DNA of 64,000 nt from Diplonema japonicum (taxonomy: Eukaryota > Protista > Euglenozoa: Diplonemea), in contig OZ025696.1 of the NCBI GenBank assembly GCA_964019335.1, positions 248,001-312,000 on the forward strand, written 5' to 3'. Below the pieces are notes generated by a model. That model was not told the origin of the DNA. It saw nothing but the letters and a program-made list of their open reading frames with translations, and ran no database searches. The number at the start of each line of letters is the position of its first letter. Position 1 is the first letter of the stretch. The translations under genes and the position numbers were made by a program. Positions 44,480 through 55,400 of this stretch are shown here, one piece after another.

Positions 44480-45971
44480 ACCTCTATACTGTCAAAGGCA
44501 AACGTGATCGAAGATTCGGTCTGCCCGGACACAGTGGCGGTTAGAGGTGCAAAGAGGGACTTCAGGTGCTCGACAAGCTCTTCCTTAGTCGCTGAAATCA
44601 AATCTGTATTGCATTTCAAAAAAAAAAAAAAAAAAAAAAAAAGAAAGTTTTCAAACCTTTTGGAACGTTACAAGTAGCACACTTACTTGGTGGAGGAGAG
44701 ATGGGGTACGACTCTGGAATTGCCCGCTCAGCAGAAGTACACATAAAATGCTCTAAACCAGAATTCGCGCCCCGCCAATTTGTAGCATTTGCATGTTTCG
44801 ACTGTTTCACCTTTAACCTAGCCTCTCCCAATGCGCAACTGTCCAGAGCATTAATGGCATTGTTTGCAGCATAAGTATCGGTGTATTGTACAAGGGCGCA
44901 GTCGGGCCGTTTCTGCAGGATTTTAACTGCAATAAGCTTTCCGTAGATTCCAACAAGCCCCCACAGCTCCGTGGCGGTCATGTTCGCGGGCAAGCCGGAA
45001 ATCAAAACACAGTCCCCAACCCTTCCCACAGCGTTGTTTGCTGACGGGGCCGGTATTTTACCTTGATAGGCCGGGTCTTGCTTGGGCTCAAGCCAACCGT
45101 CTCCAATGTTCTTACCCCACAAAAAGGACTTAACCGGCCATGTATTCGCAGAACACACCGCACTTCTCTGATCATCAGGTGTTTTCTTAATGGTGTTGTT
45201 GATGGAGGTGAAGTCCCTGTTCCGGTGGTCCGCGCGTGGGAAGGTGAGCTGAAGGTGGGATGACAGCATGATGGCCAGTTCTGCATTGTACATTATCCGC
45301 CCGTTAAGGTACCCCATCGCACGTAGTGCGTCTTCAGGCGTCGAATATTGTAGCAACGCTTGTAGGTTGGTGTCCTTGTAGAAAATCGAGATCTTCTCAA
45401 CAATCCCGAACTGGGAAAACGTCCAAAAAATATCGTCCGCGCTCGGCTCCGACGTGCTTCCACGCAACACAACAAGTAGACAGCACCCAGGAGGTTTTGC
45501 TGGATCTTCTGCAGCAGGTGGCGGCGGCGGCGGCGGTGTAGCCGATCTCTGTTGCTGCTGTTGCTGTTTCAACAACTGCATTGAAAGAAGCTGTAAAACC
45601 GGATTGTTTAAAACCTGCGAGATCCCAGGGGACTTCAAGGAATTGAGCAGCATCGCCGCTCCAATGATATCTTGCTGCTGAGGCTGCCCTGGGGGTGGCG
45701 GGGATGTTGTTGCAGATTGCTGTTGTTGTTGCTGTTGTGATTGGGATGGTGGCTCGCTTGTCTCATCTTTTCCTTCCTGGAGCTTTCTCTTGCCTCCTAC
45801 TATCTTGCAGTTTACCGGTTTAAGTGCTATATCTCCGCTTGGTAATCTGACTACTAACCGGTCTGCTTGAGCGCAAATGACTGCTCCTCGTTCCCCGTTT
45901 AGATCCTTGTTCGTCGACAATCCGGCCACTTCTACTAGTGTTCCTTCACAAAAGTCGTAAAGGGTCGTCAT
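44325..45971 (-). CDS. PTB/hnRNP-L-like RRM protein; exons 45971-44657, 44603-44482, 44411-44325
   Basis: FSQFG.VEKI, QALLQY, YG....VKIL....CALVQY, SKH. Splicing builds a third RRM. Confidence 0.85.
44412..44481 (-). other. GT-AG intron, 70 nt, poly-T filled
   Basis: GAG|GTGTTC...TTTTTACAG|GAC. Confidence 0.8.
44604..44656 (-). other. GT-AG intron, 53 nt, poly-T filled
   Basis: AAAG|GTTTGA...AATACAG|AT, phase 1. Confidence 0.75.
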
Positions 45972-46185
45972 TTTTTCCGGGTTTTTTTTTTTGTTTTTTT
46001 TTTTTTTTTCCCTTCTTCTCCCCGCCCTCTTCCGGGCGGCTCCCCCTCCTTCCCCCCTCCTCTCCCTCCTCCCTCCCTCCCACCTCTTTTTCTTTTTTTG
46101 CAGTGGGGTGAAGGATAAAAAAAAAATTGAAAAAAAAAGAAAGAGAATTGGAGGGGAGAAAATTCAGGCGCCTTTTTTTTTTTTT

Positions 46186-47368
46186 TTTTATTTCACTCTT
46201 CAGAAATTACTTCACGCACTGGGGGGCCCATTACTTCACGCTAAATCTCATTACTTCACGGTGAAATAATGGCCTGTTTTCCGTGAAGTAATAGGGAGTT
46301 TCCGTTAAATAATATGCCTCGGTAGGCCAATTTTTGCCTCGGTTCGGTTCCCAGTGGGCTACTTTTTCCTCTCAGTTTGCTATTTCCCCCCAGGTTCAGC
46401 TCAATTTGCCAACTTTTGCCTCGGCTCAGTTCCAAGTTGGACTACTTTTTCCTCCCAATTTGCCCACTTTTGGCTAGGCCTTGTTCCCAGTTTCTGGGAG
46501 TAACTCTTCTGTGGGTAAGGGTGACTTAGTCAGCTTACCCAAGCTCCCCAAATGACTTCAAAATACCGAAGCAGCAGAAAAAAAGGAGCCAGCGGCCGCG
46601 CCAGGTATGAGAAGGCCTGATTAGAGATGGTGGCAGTGGCAATGCCAGCGACAGCGGCAGCTCTTAGTCAACAAAAGGAGGAAAAACAACTTGTATTGTA
46701 ACCTTTGTAACCCCTCTCTTGTTGTACCCCCTTGTCACCCTGTTGTGCCCCTCGTGGTGAAGTAATTTCAGAGTGTCGTGAAATAAAACCACTTACCTAC
46801 CGCCAAGTAATGCTTTACCGACCTCTGCGGGCCCTCGACGGTAAAATGCGGAACCGAGAGGTCGGTAAAGTCATTACTTGTTGGCGGTAAATAGCTATTT
46901 TTTTTCATTTCACTCTTCGTCATTTTTTTTCTTCACTCACTAGGGGGCCCTCATTATTTTAACGCGAAAACGCCCCATAATTTTTAACTAGTTAAAAATT
47001 ATGGGGCGTTAAAAAAAAATATGAGATTTTAGAGTGTTAGATTGTGGGGCTTCAGAGTGAAAAAAAAAACGGGCCTTGTCGTGGAAAAAAAATGGACCCA
47101 ACTCCCCGAAAAGTTCTTTTGCGGGTGGGGTATTTTGACTATTTCTGACCCCGTATTACCTTAGGGAAATCCTCAGTGAAAGCAGTGAAGAGTGCCTCAA
47201 AATGACGAAGAGTGAAATAAAACGACTTACTTGCCGCCAAATGAGCCATTATTTAACACTCGTTACCGGTTTTTTCCACGAGGCCCGCAGCGGGCCCTCG
47301 TGCAAAAAATTCGGGAACTCGAGTTAAATAATGACTCATAATTTGTTGGCAATAAATAGCTATTTTTT
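46186..47368. mobile_element. Two tandem palindrome-terminated Crypton-like cassettes (46186-46900, 46905-47368)
   Basis: Each has an IR-bounded body (TTTCACTCTT.../...GTGAAATAAAA), a 90-120 bp imperfect hairpin, and ends TAAATAGCTATT. Confidence 0.65.
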
Positions 47369-47419
47369 GCGCACTAACGGAAGAAGCAAAAAAAAAAAAA
47401 AAAAGAAAAAAAAAAGAAA

Positions 47420-48870
47420 TTGATAAATTTCGGTGTGCGGGTGGGTGCTCACCGTTCAGGGAGAAATTCACACTAATCGGTCACCGTTCTGCGGTTGCTG
47501 TCTGGTGCCTGCGGTGGCTGTTTGTCGCGATGAGATGGACGGCATCTGGGCGAGAAACATCGCTTGGAGTTGTGCTAGGTAGGGGGCGGTTTGGCTCGAG
47601 AAGAAGATTGGTCCCCTGTTGTAGCCGTGTGTCGTCGGGCCCCCAAGATGTCGAAGGGTGTGTCCTTGTCTTTGCGTTGGCGGGGAAAGCATTCTTCCCA
47701 CTCTTTGCTGTGCACTTCTGAATACGTCCTAAGATGTATCGCATCCTTCCAGCCTTCTCTGTGAGCCAGTCCTGGTCGTCGAGGGGTCCAGCCAAGGACT
47801 GCCGGGTGGCCTGCTCGTGCGAGCTCCATCGTCATGACGTCAACTTCCTGCCTGCGTACCATCTTAGGCTTTTCAGCCACCTGAGGACGCTCTTCATGTA
47901 GAACATTAGGACCTTTCCCGACGCTCCGTTCGATTTCAACAGCTCCACTGTGGGCACAGTGTGCTGCTTCCCCGTTGTGATCTCATCCCACGGGTTGGTG
48001 GTGAGGATTCTGGTGCTCCGTTCAGCCGCTCTGGCGTCTCGTCTTGACACGACATCCAACAGGTATCGTTGCACGACTGCCGCCTGTTGCTTCGCAGCCC
48101 CCGTTGCGCCCCTTGGAATGATCCCGTGGAGGGCGGTCACTGCAGGTAGGTCACTTCGTGTCATCCCGCCATATCCTTTGTTTGTCAGGGCAGCTCTCGC
48201 TGGTGCACATTCCCACAGGGCGTGCTCCGTGACTTCTGTCGTCGTCTGGCATCGATGGTCGCAGACGTCGCACGCAAGAGACGAGCTTTCCACACCCTCA
48301 CGTTCATTTAATTGCTTCCGCGTAAACCTTCAATGAAGGACCACCCCTTGTTCAGGAAGGGTAAGACCCCTAACGGCCCCCTCTCCTCGTCGTCCTCTCG
48401 CTCCCAGTACAGTGCAACAATCTCATTGGCTCGCTGCCACAGCAGTGGGGAGGTGAGGCTCTCTCGCACCAGGCAGTTCACCGTGTTGTGTCTTCGCTTG
48501 TGGATATGCTGTGTGTCCAGGTAACAGCACATAGAGCACAGCCATCGGGGATCTCATCCTGAAGCGCGGCCCCTACAGGGAAGTCACCGTCGCTGTACAG
48601 AGCTTCCTCAGCTGGTTGTCAGACAGCGCAGCGTAGGTCGTACCGTATAGACAGGATGCCCGTCAGCATTGCCGTTCCCAAAGCTTAGTGGCAATGCACC
48701 AAGCCGGGGCAAACGGCCTTTGGCGGAATGTAGCTTGTCCAAACTATGCTTCCCGTTCATGTTCAGGATCACGCCAAGTGCCTGATCCCCTTCGTCACTC
48801 TGAACGATGAGCCTGCGCACTTCAACCTAGGGCTGCTCTCATCCTTCGTGAGAAAGCTTGTGACTTGTTA
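47420..48870 (-). mobile_element. Second, shorter and more decayed copy of LINE family 1
   Basis: High identity to 13236-14955 with deletions. Same 3' end and T-tract. Confidence 0.92.
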
Positions 48871-49166
48871 GAGAAGGGACTTGGGATCAGGTGTCACAGA
48901 AGGGGAAGAATTGAACCCAGAACCTAAGCGTACTTGGGCACGTAATCTCGATCTTCCCTTCCCGGAATTAATTGTTTTACAGCATGTATTTGCTTAAGTA
49001 CAAAAAAGAAAAAGAAAAAGAAAAAGAAAAAGAGAAAAGAAAAGAAAGGGAAGAATAAAAAAGAAAATAATAAGAAAGGAAGGAAATTGAAGGGAGCGGG
49101 GGTGGGCACAGTGGAGAATGGAAATTCATCAGGCCCTTACCCCTCCCTCCTAAGAATGAATAGCTA

Positions 49167-49208
<42 letters not shown>

Positions 49209-49209
49209 A

Positions 49210-50867
49210 GAAAGAGGAACTGGCCGTTGTTTGTACGTGCCGGGTAAAACCTGGAGAAGTTTGTCAACCCGAAACACGTTGCCAACGTTCCCCTTTTGTT
49301 TAGACAAGTCAAAGACTCGTTCTTGCAAAAGAGGAACTGGCCGTTGTTTGTACGTGCCGGTCCATATAAAAAACGCCCTCCGCCCTCCCCTCTAAATGTA
49401 AAGTGAATCATTCCTTTTGTTCCTTTTCCTTTTTTTTTTTTTTTTTGAAGAGAAGGGTCCGGGCAAAATTAAAGTGGTCTTGAACCAAACTAAAAAGGGA
49501 ACTGCACGGCTGTCTAACAATGAACCTTCTGAGAGGTTAGTCTCGTATACCGATCTGCGAGATTCTCGGCATACAGGCCACATAAACCAGCTCTAGCTGG
49601 CACCCGCTGTTGGTGAGCATGGTCTGGAGCAACGCCAACCAATGCATAGTGGTTGCGTCCAGAGAAAAGCCACGAGTCACGTAGCCGATGACTGCCTTGT
49701 TGTCGCACTGTGCTATAACCCTCGCGTTATTTTCACGCTGAGTTATCCAGTGGACCAAGCGAACCACCCCGAACAGCTCCTTCAGGTGTATGTCCACACC
49801 CGATAGGCAAGGTGGGAACACACCATAGACAGCAGTGCCTCCATACACAAAGCCCCAACCCACAGCGCTCGCGTCCGACACCCTTGAGTAGCCTTGCCAG
49901 AGGGGGACGCCAAGCCAGCCAGTCGTTAGCCCTAACGACCGCAAGCAGCTTAGTCATAAGCTGACGCACCGAATCATCGAGCTCCACCGGAGTCATCCAC
50001 AGCTGTTTCCCAGCCACACGACCCTGCGACGCCACCAGTGACATCCACTTCAAGATCACCGCCAACTCGGCAAAGGGGGACAGAGTGACGTATTGGCGCC
50101 AAATCAGGATACCCGCCAACTTCCACCAGGCCCTGACCGGGGCCTTCCGTTCCGCCAATAATTGAGCGGCAGGCCCATCAACCTTGCACCCAAGCGGGGT
50201 CGAGACGCCAACGGCTCGCGACCAGGTCAAACTCCAGCCCCAGCGCCACCAACCTCCTGGAGGCTCGCCTCGTTCGCCTAGGGGGATGGAGAACTGGAAA
50301 AAGAAAGCCCGGTAATCGAACTCACAGGCCCAACTCTGCGACAGCACCCCGTCGATGATGTCCCTGTATTTCGCTGCTCAGCGATCTGAGCGAAGACCAA
50401 GCGGAGACTCTCCGCATTGGTTTGGACCTCACTGAGGTCTGGTGATGGAGAGGACTCCACCTCCGGGTCCGTCTGGACCAAAGCTTCACCAAGCTTTTTA
50501 ACCGCCCAAATGCATGGGGGGCACACCCACTGGGTGGAATCTTCCACTGGAAGAAACGCCTGACTTAGGGGTGGCGGGCAGCGAGAGGACAAACATGTCC
50601 TCTGCCCTTTAGCGCCACACCTCGCACAGTGCACCGCAGTGTCACCGTGCGAGGTGTCGCACTCCTCGAAGATGCAATCCGCGAGGTGAGGGGCGCGAGT
50701 GCTTCCCGATGGGTACTCGAGGTCCGCGTATTGGACCAGATCATCCCAGTCTAGTGCCGTCATTTTTGTTTGTACGTGCCGGGTAAAACCTGGAGAAGTT
50801 TGTCAACCCGAAACACGTTGCCAACGTTCCCCTTTTGTTTAGACAAGTCAAAGACTCGTTCTTGCAA
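49210..50867 (-). mobile_element. Internally deleted DIRS/Ngaro-like (tyrosine-recombinase class) retroelement bounded by direct repeats
   Basis: PHD-like ORF (HCARC...WVCPPC), RT remnant EFDYRAFFFQF, RNase H motifs SDAS..GWG, IHLKEL, CDN. Repeat C at both ends. No recombinase ORF seen. Confidence 0.75.
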
Positions 50868-51549
50868 CATTTATAAAAAAAGGGGGGGAACGTTTGGCTT
50901 ATTTTTCTTTTTTTTTGGCAAGCCGGCTGAAGTCGCATCAAAGCTGCCTTGTCTCTTTCTTTTTTTTTTTTTGCGGTAAAAAAACTACTATTTTTTTTTT
51001 TCTTTCTTGTTCAAGCAGAAAAGAAACAGTAATAATATTCTGTTCAACAAATGGGAATATTAACGCCGTGAGGAAGGGAGAAAAAAAAAAAAAAAAAAGA
51101 AGAAGAAGAAGAAAAGCAGTTTCTTCTTTAGGTGGTGGGGATAACATGGAAGAATATAAGAAATACATCTTATTTTTTTTCTTGTTCATGCAAAAAAAAA
51201 AAAAAAAAAGAAAAAAGGTGGTTCTGAAATCTTTTTGGAGGAAGGATTTTTTTCCAAGGACAAAGCACATGGCGGAGGTGGGGGTGTTAAAAAAAAAAAC
51301 GAAAAGAAAAACAATATTTCTGTTAACGGAAGGGGAAGAGAAAAGAAAAAGAAACCGGTACGAGGGCGTTCTAGCGCCCCGTAAAAAGTCTCTGCCTTCC
51401 CTTTGGAATGCGAGAAAAACAAACTAGTCCGGCGCTCCATTTTTGTTTGTGCGCACAAGCGGCAAAAAAAAAAAAGAAAAAAAAATGGGGTTTTGAATGC
51501 AACACTAGGTGGCGTTAAGCGTGCAATGAAGCACGAACTACCTACTTGA

Positions 51550-51804
51550 TTACAGGGGCTCCTCGGCCGAGCAGTAGCTTCTTCTGCGTTCCGCGTCGTG
51601 TCCTTAATGCGTGCGGTGTGCTCAACCCTAGCCGGGGCGTCCCGGGTAACCAAGATTCTGCGCTCGTGCAGTTTGCTGCCTGTTCGTCACCCTGAGCATC
51701 TGCGTTACGTTCTTCCACTCGGGCGCTACCGGTGATGACCGACGAGGAGGTCAACAGCGAACAACACATCTGATGTACTTCTTATATTTCCATGTTATCC
51801 CCAC
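51550..51804. repeat. Longer copy of repeat D
   Basis: 51687-51804 matches 40175-40293, with a GC-rich extension to the left. Confidence 0.75.
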
Positions 51805-52474
51805 CACCCTTAAAAAAAAGGAAGAGTCTTTTAAAAAGTTCCTGTAAGTACAAATCATTAGCACCCCCCTTTTCACAGCATCTTTTTCCTTTCCTTTTAA
51901 AAATAAAAAATAAAGAGAAGTGAATGCGAAGGAAATGTTTTCACGGCGAAATTACAGCGGTGTTTCTTAAAAGATAAAGATGCACGCCGCCACCTCTCTG
52001 TTGTAAATAATACAAAAATGCCCCCCCCCCCCCACCCCCTCTCCCCTGGTATATCTGAAAGGTTTCTTTTACTTTTCTTTCTGGATTAGGAGAGTATGGG
52101 GAGGGGGGAGGGCTACTTTTGTTTCTATCACAACATGTTTTAAAAAAAGAAACCCCCCCCCCCTTTTCAAAAAGAAAAAGAGTCGGCTGACCGGTTCTGC
52201 AAGCCGTTTTAACTTCAAAAAATCTTTTTTTCTTGGTGAGAGATATAAAGCGTATTGCGTTTTATGTACTAAAGAAAAGGTAGTCTGCGATTTTAGTGGT
52301 GCCATGCAGTATGTGACACAGGGACCACTCTTGTGAAGCTGTGCTCCGAGACCTTTTAATACCTGTGGTAGAAAGCCCCGTAGAAAGTAAAAGTGGAGAG
52401 GTAAAGAAAGCTTTTTGAAATAGGGAGAGAGGACACCAACCGGAGAAAAAAAAAAAGAGACCTTGTAGCAGAAG

Positions 52475-55400
52475 CTACGAAAGATCCTCAACATGGTTCA
52501 AGACGAGCTCTGTGAAGTTTTCACGCGTTGTAATGACCCGCATCCGCACGTACATAATGGGGAGCTTCGTCCTTACATTGTTTTCTATGTTTTTCATTTC
52601 TGTAGTGTTTGGAACACAACTCCCTCCAAGCGAGCACCGAGCGTACTGCAGAACCAGGTGCAGCCCATCACCCCATTCGTCAAAAACCGAACGCAGCTTG
52701 TTGATGAAAGGCGACAGTTCATCTAGATAAGTCAATCCGCTGATCCTCTTCTGCTCGTCTGTCAATCCTCGGAGCCAAATGGTATCGATAAGCAAAATAA
52801 GAACAGGCACGATCAAAGGGTTCATCACATGATGCGGAATGTGGTCGATGGCCTCTCGCAACGGGTGGTCTAGTGCCGGGTCGCAGCTTGTAACCGCATG
52901 CGACATAAATGTTATGATGCTGTCGGTGGACTCCGACCACTCAGGCTGTTTGATTAAACACAACAGATTGTCGGAACCTGTAACTACTTGCGGGGCGTTG
53001 GGGTCGGCCTCCGAGTCAAAAGTCAGTTTCACAACTCTTCCAAGCAGCATTGCGGTCATGAAAAACGACTTATCCCTTGTTTTTCTGCTGATGTGCATGG
53101 CAGCATCTGCATATGACGCTGAGCAACCGCTTTTTCCATCGAGGAACGCAAACACCACCCGTAGCAGCAACATCATGCTGTCCGCCCTGTAAGTTCCCCG
53201 TGCGTCTGTGCTAAGTATCTTTGGTGTGAACTTCTTGGTGTACATGTGGCCTTTCACCGCTAGCATTGCTAGCAGAGTTGATATGCTAACTTTGTTGTAA
53301 ACGTCAACCTTTGTCCATGCGATGGCCGCGTGGTTGTGTTTCCCCAACAAGATAAGCTTGAAAGCAAGCGCAGCATTGTATATGCTAATGAGGGCAAGCG
53401 AATTACATTCAATCCGTCGTTTGCTTGCTTCCATAGCGCCCACTGCTCCAATGTACAGGTCTCTGTTGTTGAGCAGTACCGCAAGGTCAATGACGGGCAA
53501 GAATTCTTTAAGGGGCATGCTTTGCACCCTGGTGTATTTATTGCTTAATACCCATGTCAGCCATGGGAGTGACCGCTCGTTGGCTCCCAGCTGTTCGAGT
53601 TCATTGGCAGATGTTTTACACCACGATTGGATGAGAGATAAGCCGCTTTTCTTCATTCCAAGCACGACATTGAGGTCCAGTAGCATGTGTTGCCATTCGT
53701 CTTGGTGGCTTGATGATGTGATTTCGTATTTTGCCTCGGAGTCGCTGGTGTTGTCGAAATCTTGTTTCTTCGATGTGCTTTCCTGCGGAATGGATGAATC
53801 TTGCAAATCGATCAGTGTGTTGAGCAACTTGTGTGCCTCAAAAAAGTTCTGCTCGGACCATGCCTCGTCAAGCGCGCGCTCATACCACTCCTTCGCTTTT
53901 AACCGTCTATCAGCCTGGTGAAAATGGCACGCGATGATCGCATCCTCCAAGTGAAACGAAACTTGCTGTTGCTCCATCACAGTGGCGATGTGCAAGTGTG
54001 CTTCCCTCCTCTCCGATACGAGCATGTTGTTCTGCAGCACCTTCGGGAGGAGCATCGAGGAAAAGCACAGTTTCTGTCTTTCAGTCACCTTCAGAACCTT
54101 GCTGCCGATGAGCTGCGCGCACATCTTCTGCGATTTCTCTGGTGTCATCTCACTTTCGAAGAGCCGCGTGACAAGACGGCTGTCGATAAGATGCTCCATC
54201 AAGCTGAGAACCTTTAAGAACCTGCTGACAGATTCACCCAACTTGAGCATGATGTGGTCCAGCTGTCTCGTCACAATCGCAATAATCTGCGGCAGTTGTG
54301 CAAGGTAGCTGCCTATATTGTAGTCCTTGTCGACTAGCACCGTGACACCAACACTATTCCCCAACAGATCCTGCTCGATCAGGTGGTTGATGATAATTTC
54401 AGCTAGAAGCGGGCTGCCCTCGCTGTTCGTGAAGATCAAGTCGCTAAGATCAGTGTCCACCTTAGGTGTTTGAATGTAATGTCTGTAGTGCAGAATTGCG
54501 TCTGCTTTAGTCATGGGACCCAATTCAACGATCTCGCACTCCTGAGTGTCCAACCACTTCTGTGTTTTGCAGCCGCCGCGTCCTGTGCTGCCTGACAAGT
54601 CGGAGCACACAGTAGTTTGTGCATCCCCGAACCCTGTAGTGAAACTGCATACCATTACTACTTTATGGGTGACCCTCCTTACACTTTCTTGAATCAGGTT
54701 TAATGACGTCCAGTCCATCCACTGAATGCCGTCGATCATGATCGCGATCCCCCTGGTGCTGAGCGTCTTGCAGTGGCTGGTGAGGGCAGCCTCGAGAAGT
54801 CGCACCACATCTTCTGTGGTTTTCGGTTTGAGACCGACACCGCTTTGCAGGTTGTTAACGAGGTACTGAAGATCTGCACCCAGCGTGTTGAGCCACCCGG
54901 AAGAGCACACCTCGCCTTGTCGTGTTGCGTAGTCGTCTTTCCTTGGGGAGTTGGTGGTGTGTTTAAAAGCGAGACAAGTGAGCAGGGTCTCGATGCCGCC
55001 TAAAACGCGTGTCTCTTGACTGAACGAGATTAACAAACATGGGTGCTTAAAGTTATGAACGCAGTAAAGCAAAAAGGTCGTTTTGCCCACACCAGGATTT
55101 CCCTTTATGGCAAGCACCTTGAATGTGCTTGATTTGTACATCGAACACAGGAGTTCGTCAAGTTTCGTGATCTCCGTGGTGCGGCCTACCAGTGAGTCGA
55201 GTTGCTGGGATCCTGTTCGCACAAGCTTGACCGTTTCTCCTCCGATCGTGGACCGCTTTCTGTTGCTTTTGAACCACAGCTCGTTGGTGGCGGCAACGGT
55301 GCGCAGGTTCTTCGAAGACGGAGCACAGCCTCTAATCAATGGGTCCTGTTCTACCGTCAGTAACCCATTACTTGCATCGGAACTACACGTCTGCAAATTT

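Noticed and set aside
48900-48960. tRNA B-box-like GGTTCTGGGTTCAATTC upstream of LINE copy 2 (minus strand)
   Set aside because: No A-box or cloverleaf; too weak to call.
49210-49361. CRISPR-like repeat-spacer-repeat
   Set aside because: Only two units, the 'spacer' is itself repeated elsewhere, the context is eukaryotic and there are no cas genes.
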